Part shown: piece by piece, positions 1 to 8,165 of the stretch
Numbering within the stretch: the first letter of the stretch is position 1
How the letters are laid out: each line of letters opens with the position of its first letter
Assembly: GCF_947488135.1 (NCBI RefSeq)
Contig: NZ_CANKYW010000011.1
Span: forward strand, 2,206-66,205
DNA from: an uncultured Marivita sp.
GTDB taxonomy: Bacteria; Pseudomonadota; Alphaproteobacteria; Rhodobacterales; Rhodobacteraceae
Direction of reading: 5' to 3'
Length of the DNA: 64,000 nucleotides
Made by a program: the position numbers and the translations under genes
Notes under the pieces: generated by a model
Told to the model about the DNA's origin: nothing
The model's database searches: none
What the model saw: the letters and a program-made list of their open reading frames with translations, nothing else

Positions 1-35
1 TCTTTGATCAGGAATTTGAGGACCAAGCGGCATGA
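1..35 (+). CDS. 3' end of an upstream ORF running off the left edge (partial)
   Basis: Frame ending at TGA 33-35 is open back to nt 3 (FDQEFEDQAA*). It overlaps the next start as ATGA (32-35). Only 11 codons are visible, so support is weak. Confidence 0.25.
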   Translation, partial: FDQEFEDQAA

Positions 36-1726
36 AAAAGCTGAAATTCAAAAGACTTTGGCTGCTATCAAATCAAGAAAAGAAGGCCAGAGTTGAAGAT
101 TTTAGCCAAGCTGCAACAGCTGTCGTAGCGGACAACGATTTTGGCAAGTCTAGCTTGATCAAATCGCTCTACTCTTCTCTTGGAGCGGATCCATCACGCA
201 CGCCAGAAGCTTGGAAAAACGCAAAGGTTGAATCACTTCTGGAATTTGAGATCGACGGCAATTACTACTTTATCCTGAGGCAGGCGGGCCGCTTTGCGTT
301 GTTTGAGCAAGATGGATCGCTGATCTGGACTGCAAGTTCGATAGTTAAGGAGTTAGGCGCAAAAATTGGTGAGCTACTTGATTTTGAGATTGTGACAAAG
401 CTCAAAGGAGGCAGTAATGCGGTGCCTCCTCCAGCTTTCTGCTTCCTTCCCTTTTATCTTGATCAAGAGAAGGGCTGGGTAGACACATGGGCGTCATTTT
501 CAGGTTTGGACATGGTGAGCAGTTATAAGGATGACATTGCTCGCTATCACACTGGAATACGCCCCAAGGAATACTACCGTGCGAAGGCACTAAGAGATGA
601 ATCTGCGGCTGCACGAAATGAGCTAGCCCAAGAGCGTACCGCTTTGTCTAAAGCGAAGAAGCGCTTTAGCGATAAGCGTAAAAAGATGGGTATCGCACTG
701 GACGTTGGAGCGTTTGAAGACAGAATCAAAGCATTACTGAAAGAGCAAAACGGCCTTCAGAGCAGCTATGATGAAATACGTGGTGAAATTGGGCAATTAC
801 AGTCGCAGAGAGCCGCCTATCAAGAGGAGGTAGAAATAGCCGCGAAAGTGCTGTCTGAGTTGGAAGCAGATATCAAGTTCTCTCAAAAACTAAGCGAGGC
901 TGAAATCGTTTGTCCAGTGTGCAGCACGGTGCATGAAAACGACTTTGCCAACAGGTTTGGGCTTCACAATGACGCTGAAGCTTGTCGAATTGTTCTCGTC
1001 GAAGCGAGAGCTAGGGTTCAAAGGCTTGACAAAGATATAGACGCAAAGCTCAAAGCTATACCCACGCTTGATAAACGTATTGAGCGGATTCAGGAAATCC
1101 TGGAAGAGACGCGTGGCGAGATCAAGCTTGGTGACATGTTGCGCGACGAAAGTGAACGCATCGTTGACGATACCTTTGAGCAAGAAGAACGTTCTATTGA
1201 TGGCGACATAGGGGTATTAAACGATAGGATCTTAGAGGCTAAAAAGGAAATGAGCTCTTTTGACAAGAAAGAGCATAAAGAGAAAATAATAAAGTTTTAT
1301 GCAGGAAAATTGCATGAGTTTTGCACGAAACTAGGCATTGAAAATGTTCCTACGAATATGTGGGACAACATTCGCCCAACAATCAAAGAGACTGGCAACA
1401 GAGCTCCACGCCTACTGTTGGCATACAATTATGCTGTTTTGCACACGATCCATGAGTTTTCTACATCGTGCTTCTGCCCAATTGTTGTTGACACTCCCCT
1501 CCAACAAGACCCTGATCCCAAGAATGCAGAAAAGATGATCAGGTTCGCCATCAATGACCGCCCAAAAGGAAGTCAGTTAGTATTGGCTACTGGCAGCATG
1601 CAGGGCGTTGAGTTCTCTGGACGAGAGATAAACCCAGAAACCAAGGAGCAGCTTCTTCGAGCTGATCAGTATGAAGCCGTACGCAGGCATATGCTGCCTT
1701 TCTTAAACGCCATTTTGGAGCCGTAA
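32..1726 (+). CDS. Rad50/SMC-like ABC-fold ATPase with coiled-coil insert and CxxC hook
   Basis: 564-aa ORF in visibly AT-richer DNA. P-loop-like ADNDFGKSS at nt 128-154. Long K/E/Q/L-rich helical segment at aa ~185-410 with CPVC (nt 911-922) at its midpoint. C-terminal Walker-B-like PIVVDTPLQQDPD from nt 1478. Confidence 0.6.
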   Translation: MKKLKFKRLWLLSNQEKKARVEDFSQAATAVVADNDFGKSSLIKSLYSSLGADPSRTPEAWKNAKVESLLEFEIDGNYYFILRQAGRFALFEQDGSLIWTASSIVKELGAKIGELLDFEIVTKLKGGSNAVPPPAFCFLPFYLDQEKGWVDTWASFSGLDMVSSYKDDIARYHTGIRPKEYYRAKALRDESAAARNELAQERTALSKAKKRFSDKRKKMGIALDVGAFEDRIKALLKEQNGLQSSYDEIRGEIGQLQSQRAAYQEEVEIAAKVLSELEADIKFSQKLSEAEIVCPVCSTVHENDFANRFGLHNDAEACRIVLVEARARVQRLDKDIDAKLKAIPTLDKRIERIQEILEETRGEIKLGDMLRDESERIVDDTFEQEERSIDGDIGVLNDRILEAKKEMSSFDKKEHKEKIIKFYAGKLHEFCTKLGIENVPTNMWDNIRPTIKETGNRAPRLLLAYNYAVLHTIHEFSTSCFCPIVVDTPLQQDPDPKNAEKMIRFAINDRPKGSQLVLATGSMQGVEFSGREINPETKEQLLRADQYEAVRRHMLPFLNAILEP

Positions 1727-1986
1727 GTTCTTTTCTTGTAGTTTCAAACTTTAGACTTGATCTGACGGACACCTCAGCGACGAGGCCCAAACGTTGCCTT
1801 GGATCATTTGCTGTATTCTGCAAAGCTTATCTCCTGCACATAGCTGCCACTGGTGCAAGTTCCCACGAGACCTGCAGCGCGGTGGTTCCTCGAGTGGCTG
1901 CGTTCTTCAAAATGAGGCGCTTGGCGAGCGGATGCAGAGAAAATCGGCATTCCGCCATCCCTGACAGACACGCGATGCCCACCACC

Positions 1987-3999
1987 CTAATGAGCAATCA
2001 GCCTTTCACCATCCTCCTCCCGCAGCATCGCTTCCATGTCATCCAAGCCATCGACAACAGAATGCATCTGCGCCTCATCATCCACGCCGACTGTCTCGGC
2101 ATCCGCAACCTGGCCGCCAAAATCCATCTCCATCTGACGCTGTTCCTCGGCGACAACTGCTTGAACGACGGGCGCAGTCTTCTTTGGGGCGACATGGGTT
2201 TGCTCTGACGATTGGCCTTCAGCAGCCTGGCGTCCGGCCACCACATCGGTTTCAGTTCCACGGGGCCCGTCCGGTGGCGGCGTCATCGGCATGGCGCGCA
2301 TACTCAGCGGCAGATCGCCCTGCGGTCCACCTCCCCCCAGCTCCGGAAACGGCAATTCGCCCGTCTGCGCTGCATGGATTGCCTTGAACAGCCGGTCGTC
2401 GAAATACTGAATCCGCTTCGCACGGACTGGCATCTGGGCATCGATCACCATGACGATCTCGTCGAGCGGCAGACGGCGCGCCTCATCTTCGGGCAGCAAA
2501 GAACTTTCTTCGGTCCGTGTGGACTGGCTGCGTCCTTCGAAGGGGTTTTTGCCGATGGACTGAGACCGCGTGACCACGGTCTTGGTGGTCTTGCCGACCG
2601 CCTTGCTCAGCTCCTCGACTGTCTTCTCATCCGAAGGCGTGAGGTAGAGCTTTACGCCCGCATTGCCCTGCAGGGCGCGACGGGTGTTTTCGCCATAGAT
2701 TTCATCGAGGGCGGGGATGGTCTGCGTGACGACGGCCAGATGACCGCGATAGGTCCGCAGGGTCTCAATGCTCTCAACCACGATAGGCATTTTGCCCAAA
2801 CGGTTGAACTCGTCGAGCATGATCATCACGGGCCAAGGCTCATCCTGCCCGGGGTCCTTTTCCTGCATGGCCGAGAGGAGATCAGAGAAGAAGAGCCGGA
2901 TCAACGGCGCAAGCGGCCTCACCATCAACGGCTGGACCACGAGATAAACCGAAAAGGGCTTCTTGCGGATCGTCCGGAAATCAAAATCCGACACCGCCGT
3001 TGCCTCATCGATCGCAGGGTTCTGCCATTGATCGAGCCCCGAGGTCATCAGGAGCGAGACGTATGACGTCAGCGTGTCGTTGTTGGTTGAGGCCAGCCGC
3101 GTGAAGATCAGCTTGGCCGCCCGGTTGTCGACCTCGTGGCCCCGCGCCAAATACTCCTTCTGCTTGTTCCCGCCCGAGGCCGCGATGCGGTAAATCTCGC
3201 CCAAGGTCGGGCGCTTGCGCTGGAAGGCCAAGAGCCCTGCCGCCACGAAGAGATCGATCCCGCCCTTGAGGAGGCCGTGCACCCGGTCGTTGTCACTCTG
3301 CAGAAACAGCGTCGCCAAGAGCTGCAGTTCCATCTGCTGGCGCGCAGGATCTTTCAGCTCGAAGATACGCAGGAGCGGGTTATAGCGATGGGTGCGCTTG
3401 CCCTCCCAATCGGTGGGGGCAAAGCGATAGACCTTGTCGCCCTGGGCTGCGCGGTGCCGCGCCGTGGCCTCGAAACACTCGCCCTTTACATCGAGCGTCA
3501 CGGCAGAGCCTTGCCAGGTCAGCAGGTTCGGAATGACAAAGCCCGTGGTCTTGCCGCGGCCCGTGGGCGCCACAATCAGCGCATGCGGGAAGACCTTCGA
3601 GCAGATGTATTTCGCGCGGGATTTTGGAGAGCCAAGTTTGCCGAGGATGAACCCGGTCCCGGGCGCCCCGAAGAAGCCATTGGCCTTCATCTCGCGCGCG
3701 GTCTGCCAATGGGTCTGGCCAAAGCGTGTGAGGGCGGATCCCGATAGGGCAAGGCTCAGCATAAGGCCCGCGGCGGCGAAGCTGCCGATGATCAGGTGAA
3801 TGAGTTGGGCATGCTCCGGGCGGCGGTCCAGGATCGCCATGTAGTTCTGCGCGATATAGGCAAAGTCGATCTCGGCCCCAAAGCCGAGATCCTGGTAGGT
3901 CAGCACCGCCGAGGCGATGGTATAGCCCATGGCGGCGGTTACCATCGTTACAAGCAGGACGCCCGTGGCGATCCGCGCTTTTCCCATGGACGCGCTCAA
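1987..3999 (-). CDS. virD4: Type IV coupling protein (VirD4/TraG family)
   Basis: 670 aa. N-terminal TM helices, Walker A VAPTGRGKTTGFVIPN, Walker-B-like MIMLDEFN. Start is TTG 3999 or ATG 3987. Lies directly downstream of the relaxase stop (3996). Confidence 0.9.
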   Translation of the reverse strand: MSASMGKARIATGVLLVTMVTAAMGYTIASAVLTYQDLGFGAEIDFAYIAQNYMAILDRRPEHAQLIHLIIGSFAAAGLMLSLALSGSALTRFGQTHWQTAREMKANGFFGAPGTGFILGKLGSPKSRAKYICSKVFPHALIVAPTGRGKTTGFVIPNLLTWQGSAVTLDVKGECFEATARHRAAQGDKVYRFAPTDWEGKRTHRYNPLLRIFELKDPARQQMELQLLATLFLQSDNDRVHGLLKGGIDLFVAAGLLAFQRKRPTLGEIYRIAASGGNKQKEYLARGHEVDNRAAKLIFTRLASTNNDTLTSYVSLLMTSGLDQWQNPAIDEATAVSDFDFRTIRKKPFSVYLVVQPLMVRPLAPLIRLFFSDLLSAMQEKDPGQDEPWPVMIMLDEFNRLGKMPIVVESIETLRTYRGHLAVVTQTIPALDEIYGENTRRALQGNAGVKLYLTPSDEKTVEELSKAVGKTTKTVVTRSQSIGKNPFEGRSQSTRTEESSLLPEDEARRLPLDEIVMVIDAQMPVRAKRIQYFDDRLFKAIHAAQTGELPFPELGGGGPQGDLPLSMRAMPMTPPPDGPRGTETDVVAGRQAAEGQSSEQTHVAPKKTAPVVQAVVAEEQRQMEMDFGGQVADAETVGVDDEAQMHSVVDGLDDMEAMLREEDGERLIAH

Positions 4000-6335
4000 T
4001 GGACCTGACCCCGCTCGGTCTCGCCATCCACGTCTGTCGCGCGGTGTTTTTCGTATTCGGCGTCAGCGAGTTCATCGACCACCTGGCGCAAGGCCTCGGT
4101 GTTGGCCGTCGCGGCATCCGATTGCAGGTAGACCTTGGCGACATAAAGCCGGTCGAGGCGGTCCTCGAGAACCTTGTCCAGCGCATCGGCATCGCCGGAT
4201 GTGAGCCGCTCGAGTTGACGGTCATCCAGCACCCGCGCGATCTCGTCGCGGAAGGCGTCCCGCTCCGCCTCGATCTCGAAGGGCGCGGACAATTCCCCCG
4301 CCCGCTCATGGTCCAGGACACGCGCAATCTCGTCTGCAAGGCGGTCGGCACGGTCAGACTGCGGCGCAGTTTCACCGCGGGCTGCGAGGAGTGCGTCGCG
4401 CGTGCCAACCCCAAGCCCCTCGCGCATCTCGGTTTCGCGGCGGACCTGATTAATGGCCTCCGTGTCCCGGATCTCGACGACGGCCGCATAGGTCGCGCCA
4501 AGCCCGCGGGCGAGGTGGGACGGCATGTCCGGATAGCGCGCGCGCAAGTCATCCGCGACCGAATCTGCAAGGGGCGTGCGGACATCGCGTCCCTCCATGA
4601 TGCGGTCGACCTCGCGGGTGATCTCGCTGGCGCGGGCCGCATCGGTGATGGTCTCTCTATAGGGCTCAGACCGGTCGATCACATCGCCAGGACGTGCGAG
4701 CAGGTCCGGGTGTGCCTCGAGATACGCGCGCTGCTCCGTCTCGATCCGGCGCTCCGCCCGCGAGACAACCTCCCAATCCCGGTCCTCGATCTGCTGCGCT
4801 GTCAGGCCGTCTGCGCGCATCTCCTGACGGATTGTCCCTTCCATCGCCCGCACCGCGCCCTCATGATAATGGAACCGCTCGCTGTCCGGTTCCGCTTCCA
4901 TGACACCATCCCGGCGCAGCACCTGTTCGCGTTCCAGCAGCGTGCCGAGCGCGACATGCACATCGTTGAGAATGTCGCGGGCCTGTTCCAGATCGGCGCG
5001 GCGCTCGAGGTTCAGATCGCGCGCCTCAGCTACTTTGGAGAGATCATTGGCGATCCATTGATGCTCGAGCGCTGCATTTGAGGCGCCCGTCTCGATCCGG
5101 GCCACCACTTCCGATGTGCTGATGCCGGTGCCCCGTAGTGCCGCGTCAATGCGCGATCTCAGGTCGGGCTCGGCCAGTCGCTCGCGCTGGCTGGCGTCGA
5201 TATTGGCTTCCGAATAGATCCCGCCCTCCGAGGGGGTCTCTGACAGCGTGGATGATCGCAAACCGAGAGGCTGCATGTGCTGGACCTGCGTCTGGATCTC
5301 GATGAGACGTTTTTCCAGCACGGGACGTTCCGCGTCAGACTTCTCGGCGATCATGCCCTGCACCCGCGTGAGCTTCTCCGCATAGAGGCTTCTCAGATCC
5401 TCGAAGCTTTGATCCTCGGCCATATACACATCTCCTGTTCGATCCACCTGCCCGCCCCGCGCCAGCACCTCGCCCGCGCGGAAGAGGGCTGCGGCAATAT
5501 CCTCGCGGGCTTCGCGGGAGGCTTCCGCGGCAAGCGAATGGTAGACGGTTCTGGTGTTGGCGATCTCCGCCAGCGTCCGCGCCAGGTCCTGCCCCACACG
5601 TTCGCGCTCGCGGGGCGCGCGACCCTCGTCCTTGGCCGCGTAGACCTCGCTGGTTCGGGCTGGGTAATGCACAACCCCGCGATCCACCCGGCGCGTGGCC
5701 TCCAGGCGCACGCCATACTTTTCGGCCTCCTCGACCATGGCGAGGCGGAAGTCGTCATAGTTGAAGCGATGGTTGCGCCCGAGGAAGAAGAACTCGCCTT
5801 CCTGCGAGCGGCGGTTCAGCACCAGATGCGCATGGGGATGATCGCGGTCCTCATGCACCGCGATGATGTAGTCGAAGTGCCCTTCGTCGGTCTGGAAGAA
5901 CCGCTCTGCCACATCCGTTGCGATATCGCGCACATCCTCACCGCGCGTGCCGATGGGGAAAGACATGAGCATGTGGGTGGTCTGCCCGAGCTTGGGCTTG
6001 AAGCCCGCATCCCACCGCTTGGCAAAGCGCTCGGTGAGGTCCTTGATGTCCTTCGCCTCAAGCCTCGCCTTGCCATCCAGAAACCCGCTACTGTCCACGA
6101 TATGGGTGGACTTGGTGGTGAGGTACTCGAGCTGGTTCATCAGTTGCGACTTGTTGTGCGTCCCCCCGCCCCGGATCGCTTTGAAGACCGCTGGCCGATG
6201 CCCCGCTGCCGCGCGCACAAGCTGGGTTTGCTTGGCCACATGCAGGCCCTGCATCGAGCCGCGGATGCGGCTCCAGCCGTCCCGGAAGACCTCGCCGGTG
6301 ACGGCGTCGACAGCATCATTCAGCCGCATGGGCAA
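3996..6335 (-). CDS. virD2: VirD2-like conjugative relaxase
   Basis: 779 aa. Catalytic-Tyr region GGGTHNKSQLMNQLEYL and His triad HEDRDHPHAHLVLNR both closely resemble Agrobacterium VirD2. Long acidic helical C-terminal half. Start is ATG 6329 or TTG 6335. Confidence 0.9.
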   Translation of the reverse strand: MPMRLNDAVDAVTGEVFRDGWSRIRGSMQGLHVAKQTQLVRAAAGHRPAVFKAIRGGGTHNKSQLMNQLEYLTTKSTHIVDSSGFLDGKARLEAKDIKDLTERFAKRWDAGFKPKLGQTTHMLMSFPIGTRGEDVRDIATDVAERFFQTDEGHFDYIIAVHEDRDHPHAHLVLNRRSQEGEFFFLGRNHRFNYDDFRLAMVEEAEKYGVRLEATRRVDRGVVHYPARTSEVYAAKDEGRAPRERERVGQDLARTLAEIANTRTVYHSLAAEASREAREDIAAALFRAGEVLARGGQVDRTGDVYMAEDQSFEDLRSLYAEKLTRVQGMIAEKSDAERPVLEKRLIEIQTQVQHMQPLGLRSSTLSETPSEGGIYSEANIDASQRERLAEPDLRSRIDAALRGTGISTSEVVARIETGASNAALEHQWIANDLSKVAEARDLNLERRADLEQARDILNDVHVALGTLLEREQVLRRDGVMEAEPDSERFHYHEGAVRAMEGTIRQEMRADGLTAQQIEDRDWEVVSRAERRIETEQRAYLEAHPDLLARPGDVIDRSEPYRETITDAARASEITREVDRIMEGRDVRTPLADSVADDLRARYPDMPSHLARGLGATYAAVVEIRDTEAINQVRRETEMREGLGVGTRDALLAARGETAPQSDRADRLADEIARVLDHERAGELSAPFEIEAERDAFRDEIARVLDDRQLERLTSGDADALDKVLEDRLDRLYVAKVYLQSDAATANTEALRQVVDELADAEYEKHRATDVDGETERGQVH

Positions 6336-6909
6336 ACTCCCTCAGTGCGGCAGTGGCTTCGAGCTGCATCGCGTCCCGACGGCGGCGCAGGAGCAAGTCG
6401 ATCTCGTCGGCGGAATCGAGGATGAACCGCGCCAACCCGCGCATCTGCGCAAGGCGCGGCTCAGAAAACTCGGCACGCGTGCCACCATCAGCCCCCTGCC
6501 CCTGCCGGTTGGCCCGGGTCATCTGCTTGGCGATCTGCGCGACCCCATTGCCAACCTCGTGCAGCGAGGCGCGGTAGCGCGCCATTTCGACCGCCATTTG
6601 CGCGTCCGGAACGAACACCCCGCCTGCGGCCTGAATGAGCCGCCGCAGCCCCTCGGCCCGGCTCTCGATCCCCGCCTTCGCCAACACCGCATCGAGCGCC
6701 TCAAGCTCCGCAGCGGTGACCTTCACACTGACTGCTGAAACCGGGATCGCGGCATCTGCCTGGCGCTCTGCACTGGCTTTGAGCGTGTACTGGATCGCCC
6801 GGGGGGACACGCCAAACCGCTCCGCCAACACGGATGTCGATACACCTTCCGCAGCCTCGCGAACGATCTCCATGCGCTCCGCATCTGTGAGACGTTTTGA
6901 ACGAGACAT
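6316..6909 (-). CDS. mobC: Relaxosome accessory protein, N-terminal HTH + MobC-family domain
   Basis: 197 aa. HTH GVSTSVLAERFGVSPRAIQYTLK. MobC motif LHEVGNGVAQIAKQMTRAN. Its 3' end overlaps the relaxase start. Confidence 0.75.
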   Translation of the reverse strand: MSRSKRLTDAERMEIVREAAEGVSTSVLAERFGVSPRAIQYTLKASAERQADAAIPVSAVSVKVTAAELEALDAVLAKAGIESRAEGLRRLIQAAGGVFVPDAQMAVEMARYRASLHEVGNGVAQIAKQMTRANRQGQGADGGTRAEFSEPRLAQMRGLARFILDSADEIDLLLRRRRDAMQLEATAALREFAHAAE

Positions 6910-6925
6910 GCGAAGAAAGACCCCC

Positions 6926-6937
6926 TATTTCCTGCCA
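6926..6937 (+). other. Candidate oriT nick site (nic between G6934 and C6935)
   Basis: TATTTCCTGCCA matches 11 of 12 positions of the nicked-strand T-DNA border core TATATCCTG^CCA. It contains the RP4-type core CCTG^C. It sits 17 nt upstream of mobC, next to a VirD2-like relaxase gene. Confidence 0.45.
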
Positions 6938-6944
6938 CCTTCCA

Positions 6945-7025
6945 CCAAGGCTGCCTCCACATTACGATAATATAACAAGCTGTCAATTATATACTTACGT
7001 CGCATTCAGGCTCAGGCAGCCTTGG
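6945..7025. repeat. 12-bp perfect inverted repeat flanking an AT-rich 57-bp core (oriT-associated)
   Basis: CCAAGGCTGCCT (6945-6956) and AGGCAGCCTTGG (7014-7025) are exact reverse complements. The spacer is the most AT-rich stretch of the local region. Confidence 0.5.
6959..6986 (-). promoter_or_regulatory. Putative sigma70-type promoter of the mobC-relaxase-virD4 operon
   Basis: On the minus strand: TTGACA (6981-6986), 16-nt spacer, TAATGT (6959-6964). Located inside the inverted-repeat spacer. Confidence 0.4.
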
Positions 7026-7424
7026 TGTCCGCTTCCCCCGCGGCCCGCAGGGACGCGGCTCTGCCGACCTCACCACCGGGCGACACCTGTCCTAGGGATC
7101 CGGTCCGCCAGCCCCGCCCGAGGCTCTGGCCGAACACGCATGTGTTCGGACGGAACCGCGGGCGGGCGCAAACCCCACCGACAGGGCGGACAGGCAGGGT
7201 CAAGGAGGGCCAGATTTGGGTTCCCAAATCTCTGCCGCAAAAACCGGGAGGCCCTGGCCGATAGGTTTTTGTGGATGGCCCCCTTGAGGCTGACTGGCCG
7301 GTCTGTCGCGGCCTGGTCATTCCGGGCGGAGTGCGTCCGTTGAACGCGCAAGGACCAGCATCCCTGGAACAGGGATCGGGCCGCCCCAAGATCGTCCTGG
7401 GGCGACCCATCCTCGCCAGAGGAT

Positions 7425-7631
7425 TTAGTCCTGGGGATCTTTCGCGCTCGGCGGGAACATCACCAGCTCCGAGACCGCGACCGGAAAATCGAGCTTGAGG
7501 CTGAAGAACTCCGAGCCATCCCCGTTGCGGGTGTTGCGGAACATCGCGCCCACGCGCTGAAAACGGGTGCGCTCCTGGCCATCGGTATCGGTGAACTTGA
7601 CGGGAACGGTGGCGACGTAGTGGTTGGTCAT
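7425..7631 (-). CDS. DUF736-like small protein
   Basis: 68 aa. VGAMFRNTRNGDGSEFFSLKLDFP resembles the DUF736 core (IGAAW..S..G..YLSLKLDDP). Confidence 0.55.
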   Translation of the reverse strand: MTNHYVATVPVKFTDTDGQERTRFQRVGAMFRNTRNGDGSEFFSLKLDFPVAVSELVMFPPSAKDPQD

Positions 7632-8132
7632 TTGGGTTACTCCTTATTGCGATGAGGATCACCCAGCACGGGGGGAAGAGGACCGGTCGCAAGCGCAAAT
7701 GCGGAGGGTCCGCGGCCCCGCCGTGGAAGCCGTATTTGTGCTTGCCGAAGCGTGAGCTGAGGGCACGAACGGGCCGACCCCGTGCGATCCACATGCATAG
7801 CAAAAAGGAGGGACCCGAATGACCTCTGCCATCACGCAGTCGCCACCATCCGCGTCCACGTCCTGCCGAACCTAGCCGGGGTGCTGATGACGCCCGCCCG
7901 CGTGGATGCGATGTTCCGAAACACCACCCGAGGGTTGTGCAGGTATTTAGCCTCATGTGCGACGTCTCGACCCCTCGGTCTTGCGCTGCTGACGATGTGC
8001 GAGGTGCGCACCATCCCCAGCCCCTACCGATGCGGATGGACCGAACTCAGACGGACCGGGTAGAGCGATGACGGTGCTGGCCGCCGCGAGTTGCTGATCA
8101 AGTGTGACCGATCGCACGCGCCATGAGACATG

Positions 8133-8158
8133 ACGAAAGGGCCGCCCGAAGGCGACCC
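8133..8158 (-). terminator. Rho-independent terminator after the SLOG gene
   Basis: Minus-strand RNA GGGUCGCC-UUCG-GGCGGCCC (8-bp stem with one G.U, UUCG loop) followed by UUUCGUC. Begins 8 nt after the stop at 8166. Confidence 0.55.
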
Positions 8159-8165
8159 TCTCAAT

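Noticed and set aside
3380-6425. Long ORFs overlapping the relaxase in other frames or on the other strand (3380-4642, 420 aa; 3999-5081, 360 aa; 5277-6425, 382 aa).
   Set aside because: They are Arg/Pro/Ala/Gly-rich with no motifs and are fully embedded in a gene with clear VirD2-like motifs. These are typical shadow ORFs of high-GC DNA.
7012-7956. 314-aa minus-strand ORF and nested ORFs in the oriT-proximal region.
   Set aside because: The composition is R/P/G-rich, there is no RBS or motif, and it engulfs the credible DUF736 gene in another frame. The region is treated as non-coding.
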